From assembly GCA_977862235.1 (NCBI GenBank), contig OZ374558.1, positions 1,054,001 to 1,118,000 on the forward strand: 64,000 nucleotides of DNA, read 5' to 3'. Source of the DNA: Dudresnaya verticillata. Its lineage: Eukaryota. The position numbers and the translations under genes were made by a program. The notes under the pieces were generated by a model. It was given only the letters and a program-made list of their open reading frames with translations. It had not been told where the DNA came from and made no database searches. Shown piece by piece: positions 13,001-24,902 of the stretch (position 1 is its first letter; the number at the start of each line of letters is the position of its first letter).

Positions 13001-13386
13001 CGGCCGACGCGGACAAGACACCCCCGCACGCTCCGCAAATATGCTTGCCCTTCAAGTGGGCGAGGCAGACAGTGACAGCACCGATTGTGCGCGCCTGGCG
13101 CCACCGACCACGGGTCGGGCATCCAACGGGGGAAGGCGAGCGGGCGCAGTATAGACCGTGGGACCCGGCGGGGTGGGTAGTTGGGCGGCAGCGGCAACAG
13201 CAACGACCCTGCCACCGGGCGGCAAAGGTCGAGGCGGGCTTGCGGGAACGGGTGCAGAAACAGCCCCTCGGCAGGTCCGCCAAGGGCGCGATAGGGTCCC
13301 GGGAGCGGCAACGGCAACCGATCCTCGGCGGGGCCGCAGGGGCCGGGGCGTTGTGAGGATGCCGGGGTGGGCATGGGGAGGTGCAA
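10030..13386 (-). pseudogene. N-terminal and RT part of CRE copy 1 ORF
   Basis: RT motifs in ORFs 11683-12027 and 9772-10632; several frameshifts; interrupted by 10648-11701. Confidence 0.88.
10648..11701 (+). mobile_element. 1054-bp solo LTR (family A)
   Basis: Perfect 10-bp inverted ends TGTAGTGCAA/TTGCACTACA; perfect TSD CTCTT (10643-10647, 11702-11706). Removing it restores TVRDKSSNQVALLKVDF in frame. Confidence 0.92.
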
Positions 13387-13510
13387 TCTCGGAGGTCAAC
13401 CGTGTTAAAAAACGGGAGGAAAATAAACAAAACACGCTCGCACTCGCGTCGCCTGCGACGCTCGAACCGATTCGTCACCTATAACGGTGAGCGGGAGTGT
13501 TTTGAGAGAG

Positions 13511-16029
13511 TTTGTTTGGCTTTACTGGGTTCCTTAGTGAATGCGAGACGGCGTATTGTTTAGGGCTAGTATTCTTGCAGCACCTGTTTGTGCAGAAAAG
13601 ACAAATTCATATGTGTACAGTTCTGTCAGAACTTAACCAACGACGCTTGCGAGTAGGTACGCGGTATTGCGCTTGACGAGAACTGCAGCGAGGTGAGAGA
13701 AGCATTTGCTCCGCGACGTCGAGCGTGTTTCGTTGAAACGAGAAGCTCAAGCGTCCGCGATGCTTCTGAAGTACTGCCTGGCCATACCTATCCAGCCTCC
13801 AGTGGTCTGTATGGCAATTAGCAGAAGGATGTCCCCGTCCCCCAGGTCTTCTAAAATAGGGGCATGGTGCGTGGCTTTCCCAGCTGCGGCCAGCTTCAGT
13901 GTCTGGTCCGGGGAGACGGCTGAGGCGTCAACGCGCGCAGTGGTCAGCGGATGGACGACAACGACATCCAGCAATACATGGTTGCCCTGATTACCCAGGG
14001 CGCAGATGTCAGGTCGCGTCCTGTGTGAGCTGCCGATATCCCTTGGTTCGACAATGGGGTGCCGGGCGGCTTCAGACAGCCTTGACGCCGCCGCTTGAAC
14101 AATAGTGTCGTGACGATTGATTCGCACGGGTCCATAACGGCATACAAGAGCGTGGTTTCCGTAGATGTCCATCTCCTCATTGCACCCAGCCCGACCACAT
14201 CTCTCCCGCGGGTTGAACAGAGGGGTGCAGCAGTGGGATTTTAGCCATGTTCTAAACTCCCGGCGGGTTATGTGGGTGTGAAAGGCCAGGCAAGGGGCAG
14301 TTTAGCCAATCCTTTCCGCCGGGGAGACCGATGCACTTGCGCATTGCTATTGTACGTACATCGCCAGGAGGTAGACGCTCGGCAATCCCAGCGTGCGCTG
14401 CAGTAGTGAGTTCTCGTTGAGAAGGGAAGTGACTATGAGCCCAAGAGGACAGATTGCCCAGCTTCGTATGATCATCACTCCCGCATAGTTGTTCCCATTG
14501 GCTGTAGGCAGCTGAAATGTCCTCAGTCGGAAACGGCACATGGTTTGCGTTGCGGAGCAAACGGGCAAGACGACAGCGCGTTTGCAATATAGACGCCATG
14601 TAGGCGCACGGCGAGAGCGTGACAGTCGAGGAGAGGCCGATACCAACTGTGGACTTTGTTTTGTTGGGTGCACGCACAGGAAGCTGTAGCTCCTTCCACA
14701 AAACGGGGGAGAGCGTTTCATCCATGATGTTACAGACACGCTGGGCCATCTGTGAGTCCAGCAACTCACAACCGTCCTGCACCAGTCGAGGTGGTAGTAA
14801 ACGCAGTAGGTACATAACCCTACTAGTCCCATAGCAGTATCGAAGTATATTGTACGCCACTTGCACGTCTTCGAGGTCTGCCACGGCTTCAAAAAGCTCT
14901 TTCATACCCGCGACGTGTTATGAAAGAAGTTCTTGACAAACGCGTCACTTCTCAACGGTTCATTGAGTACTTTGGTTCCTTCGTCGTACTGTTGGCTTAC
15001 GTTGTCAGGATAAAGTTGACTGTCGGCTTGGGACGGGCTCGTGGGCCACCGCACAGAGCACTTTTCCATATTAAGGTCCAGACCTTTGCGACGGACATCA
15101 TCGGAATCCAAGTACCGCAGTAGCTGTGCTAGAAGATGATGGGGGCCAACAGCGTATCCATCATCAAGGTAAAAGGCCAAAAGCGAGAGGGGTATGGCGT
15201 GATGGGAGCCCGATGCGTCGTTTGGAATTCCAGACGCACTATAACGCATCAGCATATCTTCCAGTTCTTTCAGCACTGGCTGCAACACTATTGAAAATAA
15301 CAGTGGACCAAGGCGGTCTCCCTGCTGTACACCGAGGACACTCAGTAAGAGGTGTCTGTCGTACCAGAGGTTCGCGGGCATAGTTGCATAGCAGTATTCA
15401 ATCCATGAAGATACCTCTGGAAAGTGTTCGCAGACCTCCGAAAAGAATGCGGAACGGCTAACGATGTTGACAGCGTTGGTGAGGTCGACTTTGAGCATGG
15501 CGAGGTGAGGTGACGTACCCTTTGAAGTCACAAGGTTTTGAAGAGCGTGGAAAATAGTCTCACAGCCGGCCGGAGCTGAAACACCGAGCTGTAGGAGCGA
15601 GAAAAAGGCTTCTGCATCTTTCGAAACTGGTGTCATTAGGCAAGAACCCACTAAACGTTGTATGGTCTCCCCAACCGCAATCGGACGAATGTCGCCACCC
15701 GGTTTTGCAAGGCGTGTGAGAGGAGCTCCTGCGAGGCATGGTGTGAGAGAGAGGGGGCGTTTCCAGCTGCAAGGATGTTCACAAGGTGAACCAAGCCTTG
15801 TAAAAACGGGTGTTCAGCGTCCGAGTTCGGGGCTGAAAGAAGCTCCGCTGGGTGGTTTGGGCGTAGATCGCTGCCCCCCTCCGCGGCGGCGGATGAAAAA
15901 CGCTGCACAGCTGCGCGAATGTGCTCGTCTGCAAAAGAAGCACCCATGGGTTGCGGTTGATTCGGAACAACCGGTGTAGTGGTAGTAGGTGATGTGGTCT
16001 CGCTTGGGTGTTTGTTCCTCATCCAATTG
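13511..16029 (-). mobile_element. CRE-clade non-LTR retrotransposon, copy 2, 5'-truncated
   Basis: RT (LKVDLTNAVN, GVQQGD, FYLDDG) and RLE (HALVC..RHD..RPDI..LDVVV..GK) in frameshifted ORFs; begins abruptly just before RT. Confidence 0.9.
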
Positions 16030-16043
16030 GCGTTTTAAGGGAG

Positions 16044-19000
16044 TTTGTTTTGTTTACTGGGTTCCTCAGAATGGATTGGGGGCATGTTGTCTCGGAAGAA
16101 TGTTTGCGTGACACTTGTTTGTGTCAAAAGAAAGCAGCTGGGCATGTCCAACGTTCCCTTACAGCTTATCCCACCACGCTTGCAAGCAGGCACGCCGCGT
16201 TGCGCTTAGCAAGCACTGCGGCGAGGTGAGAGAAGCATTTCTTTCGCGAAGTTGAGCGTGTTTCGTTGAAACGAGACGCACGCGAGTCCACGATGCTTCT
16301 GAAGTACTGACGTGCCATTGTCGACCAGCCCCCCGTGGTCTGTATAGCAAGCGGCAGCAGTGTATATCCGTCCCCTAGGTCGGCTAGGAGTGGGGCTTGG
16401 TGCGTGGCTTTCCCAGCCGCAGCGAGCTTCAAAGTCTGGTCCGGGAAACCGCTGTGGCGTCAACGCGCGCAGTAGTCAGTGGGTGAAGCACGACGTCATC
16501 AACCAGGACGTGATTGCCCTGGGCGCCCACAGCCGCGATGTCAGGTCGCGTTCTGTGTGTACCTCCCGTGTCCCTCGGTTCAACTATGGGATGCCGGGCG
16601 GCTTCGGACAGCCTTGACGCAGCTGTTTGGACGATGGCGTCGTGACGACTGATTCTAGCCGGTCCGTGAGGGCAAACCAGAGCGTGGTCGCCGTACACGT
16701 CCATCTCCTCATGGCATCCAGACCTGCCACAAACTCCCGCGAGTTGAACAGAGGGGAGCAGCAGTGGAATTTAAGCCATGTTCGAAACTCGCGGGGGAGA
16801 TGTGGGACTGGAAAGCCAGGCATGGGGAGCAGTTGAGCCAGTCCTTAGCACCGGGGATGCCGAGGCACTTTCGCATAGCGACTGTAGGGATGTCCCCGGG
16901 AGGTAACCGTTCTGCAATGCCCGTGTGAGCTGCAGCGGTGAGTTCGCGTTTGGAAGGGAAGTCACCTTCTTCCCAAGATGATAGATTTCCGAGCTTGGAG
17001 CGATCTGCGCTGCCGCATAGCTGTTCCCAGTTCCTGAAGGCATTCAGCATATCGACCGTTGCCAAAGTGACCGGAGTAGAAATTCCGAATACCAGGGAAA
17101 CACGCGGACGTGTTTGCATGATAGACGCCATGTAGGCACAAGGTGACAGTGTCACCGCGGAAGATAGGCCAATTCCCAGGGTTGGTTTGGTTTTGCTGGG
17201 AGCACGCACAGGCAATTGTAACTCCCTCCACAAGTCTGGGGAAAGGGTCCCATCCAAAATATTGCGTACACACTGGGACATAAGTTGGTCCAAAACACGC
17301 ATCCGTGTTGCACCAGACGAGGAGGGAGCAGCCGCAGCAAGTACATTACTTTGTTCGTTCCATAGCAGAATCGAAGTATATTGTAGGCCACTTGAACATC
17401 CTCGAGGTTTTCCACAGCATGAAAAAGACACTCCATACCACGAACGTGGTCAAGGAAGAACACCTTCACAAATGAGTCACTTCCTAGCGGCGCATTTAGC
17501 ACTGTTGTTCCCTCTGCGTAAGATTGCTTGACATGTTCTGGATAGAGGCCTCTGTCTGCATCGCACGGACGTGTCGGCCACCACACAGAGCATTTTGCCA
17601 GATTCAGATTCAGACCCTTGCGCCGAACGGCATCGGAATCGAGATAGTGCAGCAGCTTGACGAGTAGCTCATGAGTGCCGACAGCCATCATCTCGATAGA
17701 ACTAATAGTGTGAGAGCTGTGGCTTCAGGAGTGCTGGAGGAGTCCTGGGTACTTGCAGAGCAGTCATGATCGGGCATTAGCATGTCTTTCAAAGCGCGAA
17801 GCCCCGGCTGCAGTACTACGGCAAACAGAAGGGGACCGAGTGGGTCACCCTGCTGGACACCTAGGACACTCAGGAGGGGGTGCCTGTCGTACCATAGTTT
17901 CGCTGGTGCAGTCGCGTAGCAATATTCCACCCATGCGGCCAACTCCGGAAAATGATCACGGACTTCACTAAAGAACGATGAGCGGCTGACGAGGTTAAAA
18001 GCATTTGAGAAGTCAACCTTAAGCAACGCCACGTGCGATGACGCCCCTTTGACGTCCACCAGGTTCTGTAGAGCGTGAAAGATTGTTTCACAGCCAGCTG
18101 GGGCGGAAACGCCAAACTGCAGCGGCGAGAAAAGTGTTTCTGCCTCTTTTGAAACGCGTGTCACGAGGCAGGACCCAACTAAGCGACGCAACGTTTCCCC
18201 AACCGCTATCGGCCGCACATCTCCTCCTGGTTTGGCAAGGCCAGTGAGGGGAGCTCCAGCCAGCCAAGGAGCAAGGGACGGAGGAGCCTGACCTGCTGCA
18301 AGGATGTTCACGACATGAACCAGTCCATGCGAAAAAGGGTTTGCGGCGTCTGGATTCGGGGCCGAAAGAAGCTCCGCAATATGATTTGGGCGAAGGCCCC
18401 TGCCACCTGCCGCGGCCGCAGATGAGAATCGCTGCACGGCCGCACGGACGTGCTCTTCTGTGAAAACAGCGCCCATGGGTTGCGGTTGATTCGCAACAAC
18501 CGGTGTTGTGGTAGCAGGTGATGTGGCCTCGCTCGGGTGTTTGGCCCTCATCAAATTGGCGCGAGCATCTGTAGCGGGGGGGATTGCCTCCGCCGTTAGG
18601 GCCCTTGCAGCTTTGCCAAAGGCTCCTTCGCGAGCGTAGGAAACGGCACGCCGTGCGTGGATTGCCCGGCGTGTGAAAGAGGAGGCCCCAGCGTTGGCGA
18701 ACGGCGGGATAAGTGCATCGTCTAGCGCGTTTTTCCAGAGGGCCGTATATCGTCCTTCGTTCCAGAGTTGCAGTCGTTCGCGGATGATTTGCGCTGTAGA
18801 ACACCCAGGCCTTCTCCGCGCTTGTTTGGAGGGTTGGGCGAGGACACACTGTGGGAACAATAGGATCTTCGTAAAGACCTCTACGCTTGTTGCTGCTGAT
18901 GGGCGTGAGGGGGCGGCCCAGAAAAGCCGACCAAGCGCACGTGCGACAGCCCCTCTCGTTCTGAATAGAATATGTTTCAGAACACCCACCCTCGTGCGAC

Positions 19001-19950
19001 AGATGTCTTCCAATGATGGAAGCGATGCGGTAACACGGCCTGCAGTCGGTGGGGGTGATGGCGGGGAAGGGGGCGAAGAGTCTGGGGCCAGCCGGGGGTA
19101 TCTTCGGCGGGGGCAGGGGGGCTGTGTTGAACTGCGAGTCATGTGGCGGTACGAAGTCCGGAACTCCATCCACCGGCGGGCAGTGCGCACATCCCTTGTA
19201 TGAGAGTTTGACAGACTCCCCCGGGCCATTGGCGATGACTCTAGCCCCATTAAATGTGCGATGTGCTGCACAGTAATGGTAGCCATGTGTACGAGCCCAT
19301 TCAGACATTATCGTAACGTCAGCCTCGGAGAGCGACCCGGCCCGCGCCTTCCGGACATGTTTGTTCTTGAGATAGGCCAGGCAGACATTTACTGCCCCGA
19401 AGAGGCGTGTGGAACACTCCGGGAAGGGACAGCGGCCACCCACGACGGGACGGATGTCTAGTGGGAGGAGGCGAGCCGGGGCGATGTAGAAAGCGTTTCC
19501 CGGCGGGGTCACCGGAGTCCTGGTGGAGCCGTTAATAGCCGCGCGGCATGCGGCTGCTTCGGGCGTGGATGCGCAGCGCGCGGCCTTGGCGCTCGAGTCG
19601 GTCCGGCTTGAAGTTGTAGGGTGCGAGGCCGCCGGGAGCGGAGCCGCAGGGCGCGGCCGCAGGGTACGCACCGGGCTCGCGCTCGGGACCACATGCACCG
19701 AGGGCGCCGAGCCTAAGGAAGCCGGGCGGGAGGCTGCTGGGCGCGGGCAAGGGCGCAGAATACGGGTGGATGGGGCGACGAAGGCGGCGTCTGTGTGCGC
19801 ATCGCGGAAGGAGATGGGCAGATCTGCCGATTTTAAATTTGAAAGGTTTTTGGGGGGAAGGCTCCGCCGTCGCACTCGCGTCGAACCGACGCTCAGACCG
19901 ATTCGTCACCTATAACGGTGTGCGGGGGAGAGCCTAGAGAGATAGAGAGA
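16044..19950 (-). mobile_element. CRE-clade non-LTR retrotransposon, copy 3, near full length (~3.9 kb)
   Basis: Single ancestral ORF ~19875-16166: C2H2-like CPFPEC..CLAYLKNKH, RT (VRPIAVGETLRRL, LKVDFSNAFN, GVQQGDPLGPLLF), Zn knuckle and RPD-type RLE; frameshifted. Confidence 0.92.
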
Positions 19951-20668
19951 GCGTTTTGAGGGAGAGAAAGAGAGAGAGAGGGAAATTTTACATATCGACG
20001 ACGATTGGTGGCTAAAGATTGGTAGCGCAGCGAGTGAGAGATAAAGCGGACAGTCATGAACGCCCGAAGAACGTTTCGCACCTGAGGTGCCGATGTGGGC
20101 TCGCGGTGCGATATTGGGCCACGGCCCGCTATTACATTTTGAAACTCGCTGGCCACTTGTACAACGCATGGCTGTGTGAGCTCGTCCAGCTACTGCCAGG
20201 CGCGAGCAAAGACAGACGAAGAAAAGCACAACGTAGTCCGTTTCGCACTTGTCGCCAGGTCATACGCCTGCGCCCCTTCGTCAGTAAAGTTCTATTTTCT
20301 TCTACCTTCTCTCCCTACCGCTACAGTGCGGTACAGAAGTGTTACACGACTATCCGGATTCGTATCGACACTTCCGTGTAGATGGCTTTTATAGAGAGGT
20401 CTGTAACACACTCAACAACGACTGTGGACGACCGACTACTTTCGCACTTTATATTAAACACGTGTTCCTAAACAGGGCTTCTGTTTAAAAACGCAAACGT
20501 TTCTTATCTTAATCTTGAGGTCCGAGCCGATCAATTCAAAGATCAATCCGCTCGTCTTTCCGGATTCCAGAGCGCCAAAATCGCTGACATTGACGTCAGC
20601 GGGAGCAATTTTGCGGAAGAATGAGCCACAGCAGAGTGTCAGCGAACTGTAAGACAAGTCTGCGTATC

Positions 20669-22697
20669 TGTGGTACAAGTAATGTCCACGGTGACGCGGG
20701 AAGTCTCGCACTGTAAGCGATGGCCTCGGAGCCGAGCACATGGCCTCGTAGCCCAAAGGAAAACGAAGAAATGAAAAGGGGCGGTAGTGTGGGGGAGCGG
20801 ACGACCAAAGCCAAGGACAACGCCGTCAACTTATTCGTGTGCGGAAGGGACAACTCCAGAAATCTATCAGCGGGGATGATTCCGCGTGCGCGGGGCTATC
20901 GAAACGGAGGCTAGACCGTATGCGCGGTCACGAATACGAAGACACCCAAACACGAAGAAACAGGGTTTTACAGTAGAATCGGAGGTCCGGGCGGTCGTCG
21001 CTTCGTGTGGTATGAGGAAAACGGGCGTTTCGGAACGGAAAGGAAGAATGGTAGCTATTCGGGTGGCTTCGGGCCCAAACGCAACGTGAATCATGGATCA
21101 CAAAGGGATGGTAGCGCTGGTAGAGCCGGGCTACCGACGCCGAGGACCACGGTGTCAACGAATACGTTTGCGGAAGTGGAAACTACGAGTTAACGATCAC
21201 AGAGGACAACCCAGGTGCGCGGGTCTATCGAAAGTGAGACTCGGCCATATACGCGAACACGTGCTCGAAGACACCGACACATGAAGAAAAAGGCGGGTTT
21301 TGTGCTGCAAACCACGCGCGGCGTCCCTGATATAACGTACTGCCGCTGGCGTGAATACCGTCAACGAAGGGCCTCTACCGCAATTCGGCGTGGGACAAAA
21401 TTTCGTAACCGCCCACAGGCGTTGGCGCGAACCCGCTCGCTCCGCCGAAAGAAGCCGCCATTGGCGTACAAACCGTGGCCAATTCGGCCGCGGCTCAGGT
21501 GCGGCGAAACGCCGAGTGTGGGGGACGTAGCATACGCGGCTGTACGCATACACGTGGTACACGGGGGCATGCGCATAGCACGGCAATGGGAACACACACG
21601 TGTATGGTCTAAGCGTGGACCGCACTGTAAGGTGTAAACCGTGTCCCCGTTTCGGTGTAAGCAACAGGGGCGCACGTATCTGTAAGCAACGAGTGCGCAC
21701 GCATCTGTCAGCAACGAGTGCGCACGGATCTATCAGCACACGGCTGCATCGCTACCATACTTGCCAGACACGCGACGTAACGACCCGTGTCCCGACTTCC
21801 CGCGCGTCTGCGTACCGCCACCGCCACGAGCATAGTAGTAGTAGTAGTACTTAATTATTCCGTCAGAAGACGTCGCAATAAAGTCGGATAAGCCGGCCCG
21901 GGACTTGAATGCCCTTCTCACTCCGCTAGCGCGTACCCCCTACCGCAGTCTGAAGCTTATGCGTCAGTACCTCCGTGCTTCCACGTTTCTACCATCTGCT
22001 TAACGTGTTTCCTTTGGCTTTCGTGCCTGTTCTTTCTTCTTTTCCTTTTTCCTTTTCCTTTACCCGATTTCCACCCGGGGCGTTTACAGTCCGCCCTGTG
22101 GCGTTGTCTACCGCTCTACCGCTACTGTCGTAGGACGGGACTACCCGCCGGGCCCCGAACACCCGGACGTGCTACCCGTCAAGAGAAGGTTTGCACCACA
22201 GGTTTGCCGAGAAATGACTTCGAGGTCCTGGCGTCGGTCGCTTACCGGGATCCCTCGGAGGTTGTGCGAGGCGACTATCTAAGTACTACTACGTGAGCAC
22301 GAATAGGCGTTAACACGGGAAACCGTTCACACTCGACTAATACGTGACGGCCTCGGAGCCTGCGAACGGTAGTCTCACGTATGGTGGCGGTTACGGGATA
22401 CGCCAGCAATGCATACTGAGGCGCGCGCGCCGCACGCCCCGGAGCCGTTTGCGCCAAGAAACGACGGAAAAATGCGGAGGTGTCAGCTATCTCGAATACA
22501 GTAAAGAATATGGAGGTGTCAGCGATCTCGAATACAGTGGCGCCCTGCGCTGGCCATCGTGGCGCGCGCACAGTAGGCGCACTGTAATAAGTTTTTCATC
22601 GCGGCGTGCGCGTTCACGGAGCCATCTCAAAATTCGGGTATCTCGACTATTTTCACTTAGACCACGGAGTCAATACGTGCGCAGCCCATATACCACA
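20669..22697 (-). mobile_element. Diverged solo LTR of family C with internal duplication and a nested insert
   Basis: TGTGGTA...TACCACA ends; TSD GTATC/GGATC; reverse-complement similarity to 6659-7481. Confidence 0.82.
21301..22200 (+). mobile_element. 900-bp solo LTR
   Basis: TGTGCTGCAAACC...GGTTTGCACCACA; perfect TSD GGTTT (21296-21300, 22201-22205). Confidence 0.88.
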
Positions 22698-23932
22698 GGA
22701 TCAAGGTGTAAGACAAAGGCGCACATCAAGCTGTAAGGCGAGCACAATCGCCGTGCGCTGTAAGGACAATGCGCCCCGCTGGGGTCCCTACTGGCACCAA
22801 ATTTGATGGCAAATTGCCATCGGGCAATTTGTTGTGTCCGCTCACGCGGCCTGTGGCGGTACTACCACTAATCCGTAACTATAACTGACAACAGTATTTC
22901 TTACGTTAATAATTGCAGCTAGAATAGCTTAGAGTAGAGAATAGGAGGTAAAAGTATTTCCGGCTCTGCCATACTTAATAGGCCCCTATCTAACAGGGGC
23001 CTCCTGAATAGAATCCTACGGTGGGTTTAGGTCTTTTCCTCCTTTTCAGAACTCACGGACTCACCGTACCTTTTCCCCTTTCAGGCGCTCTACGAGACTT
23101 GTCTCCGCACGACGGAGGCTCTGCGCGAGCTAGATAGCGCCGCCCCTTTTCCCCCTTTTCCCTAGGCTTTGTGTCTTTTTCCCAAGTCTCTACCAATCCC
23201 CTTTTCCCCGTGGTACCGAAGCTAGTAGTTACTGTAGGAAAAGGTTCCTGGTTGTTTCTACGGTTCTACCTGACCCGAAGTGTGGTATAACGAGCGCTCC
23301 CGCGCTGTAAGGGGACACGCGAACAGGTAAGTTCTGCAAGGCGTGGTTGCCCGCGCATGCTGTGATGCAAGAACCCGAGATAAGACCCATTTTAATATCG
23401 CTACACCCGCTCGTGCGGTGAGCGGACGACGGCAGACGCGGATCAACCGCGGACAGAGCATACGCCGATAATCGGCGGTTTGACCGGGCCTGTGCGCGCA
23501 TGCCGCGCGCGCGAGATCCGGCCAATGGGTAACGCGCCCTTGGCACGGCGCCCGCGCGCCCGTACAGTACGCGCCGTCAGCACATACGGGTGACACGCAT
23601 CCACGTGTACACGCGCGACACGCACGCCGAATGTATCCGAGGGAATCGTCGCTCGGGTGCGCGCCAGCAATGCGCGCCCTTAGTTTATACTGATTTACAC
23701 TGCGATAGTAGTACTTCTACGCTAGATATTTTGCGCGATATTTTAGTCAGCTCGTGGTGCGCGCGCATGCCAGGTAACCCTACTTTCGAGATATTCAGAA
23801 TCAACTTTGCAAAACAGTACCAAATTGTACCCCGGTTTCTTTAGCTCTATGGAACCAGGAACGTGCGCTGAGAACAACGGTGGAATCCGTTTGTCTATAG
23901 CGTAACTAGTTCAGAAGTTGAGGCGCACTAAA

Positions 23933-24237
23933 CAGTGTGTGTCCAAGACGTTTACGCATGTGAAAAGATCAGTCCAAGGATAGGGAGCTCGCCGACCGTG
24001 CTGGAAATGGACGGTGTTTGACTCAATACAAAGTCGCTCGCACAAATTGCGTCGCATATGCGGTGCAGGCTTATCTACACCAAAATATGACGATCATCTG
24101 GCGGAGTTGACACGAAATCTGTGTTCCGGCGATCGTCTCTACCCGTCCCTATTCCCCCCACTGGTTCGCCGAGTACAGTACTTAAGGATGACTCGGTTCC
24201 GCTCCTCTAACCCTGGAAAGTTCTTTCCGTCGTTCTC
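23933..24237 (+). repeat. Left direct terminal repeat (A1)
   Basis: Matches 27981-28285 with about 8 substitutions (counted by eye); no TG...CA ends. Confidence 0.95.
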
Positions 24238-24289
24238 AGCCCGTGAGAACAAAGGAATTCCGTCGTATTTCCACGTCAGGTGAACTACT

Positions 24290-24902
24290 CAGACTCAATG
24301 ACAGACCGTGAAGCTGGAACTGCCCGCGCAATGTTTCTATCAGTATCACACCGACGCAGCCCTCCGACTACGCCGATCTGGTTAACCACCAGCTTGCTGC
24401 TGGGTTGGTTGGCCGTAAGCAATTGTGGCCCCGGTCAAGCCTCGTTTTGCCTTCCGAGATTGGTTACTTCAAACCTGAGACAACGCTCTTCTTCGAAATC
24501 TATAAGAAGGATCGTCGCAACGCCAAGGAATTGGAATACGTCCACTCCGCAGGTTGTTGGATTGAACAAGCTTTGGGTGCTCTGTCTTTACTGGAAGGGT
24601 AACTCAGCCCTGATAAGGAAGGGCGTCTATTGGGACTCCTTCAAGAAAGTCTACAGGGTGCACAAGAGGTACTGTCTATTCGTACCACACACTTCCAGAC
24701 AGTTCTTACGAAGGGCCAAAGCCACGCTAACACCATCGCGGATCTCGCCGAGACGAGGGTGGAAGCCAAACGTTATCAGATCCCATCTGAGGCGTATGCT
24801 GACGTTTATGCTGAATTGTCAGCCAAGTATGTTATCGAAACTGCTAAACGTCTGGCTCGCGACGCTACCGGCGGTGGCAAGAGGCCGGACAAGAAGGAGT
24901 AA
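24290..24902 (+). pseudogene. gag-like ORF1 of the YR element (broken)
   Basis: Frames 24405-24602 and 24630-24902 directly upstream of and overlapping RT; called by position only. Confidence 0.5.

Larger units (their letters stand above)
1..13496 (-). mobile_element. CRE-clade non-LTR retrotransposon, copy 1 (RT + RLE), split by three nested insertions; 3' end lies outside the window
   Basis: Pieces 13496-11702, 10647-10025, 7602-7542 and 794-1 join into one reading: N-terminal Zn-finger region; RT motifs (IRPIAVGETLRRL, LKVDFSNAFN, GVQQGDPL, FYLDDG); post-RT (LLRYCYG..VMYLLRL); RLE knuckle (MDMYGGHALVCPYG..ITRHDAVV). The pieces are colinear with copies 2 and 3. Confidence 0.9.
20620..23270 (+). 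repeat. LTR-like repeat family D (20620-20668 + 22698-23270), interrupted by an LTR C copy
   Basis: Colinear with 51014-51514 followed by 56741-56860; 51050-51070 shows the empty site for the 20669-22697 insertion. Confidence 0.75.

Noticed and set aside
24014..24283. 89-aa ORF duplicated at 28062-28307
   Set aside because: Lies within the terminal direct repeats; the duplication explains its recurrence.
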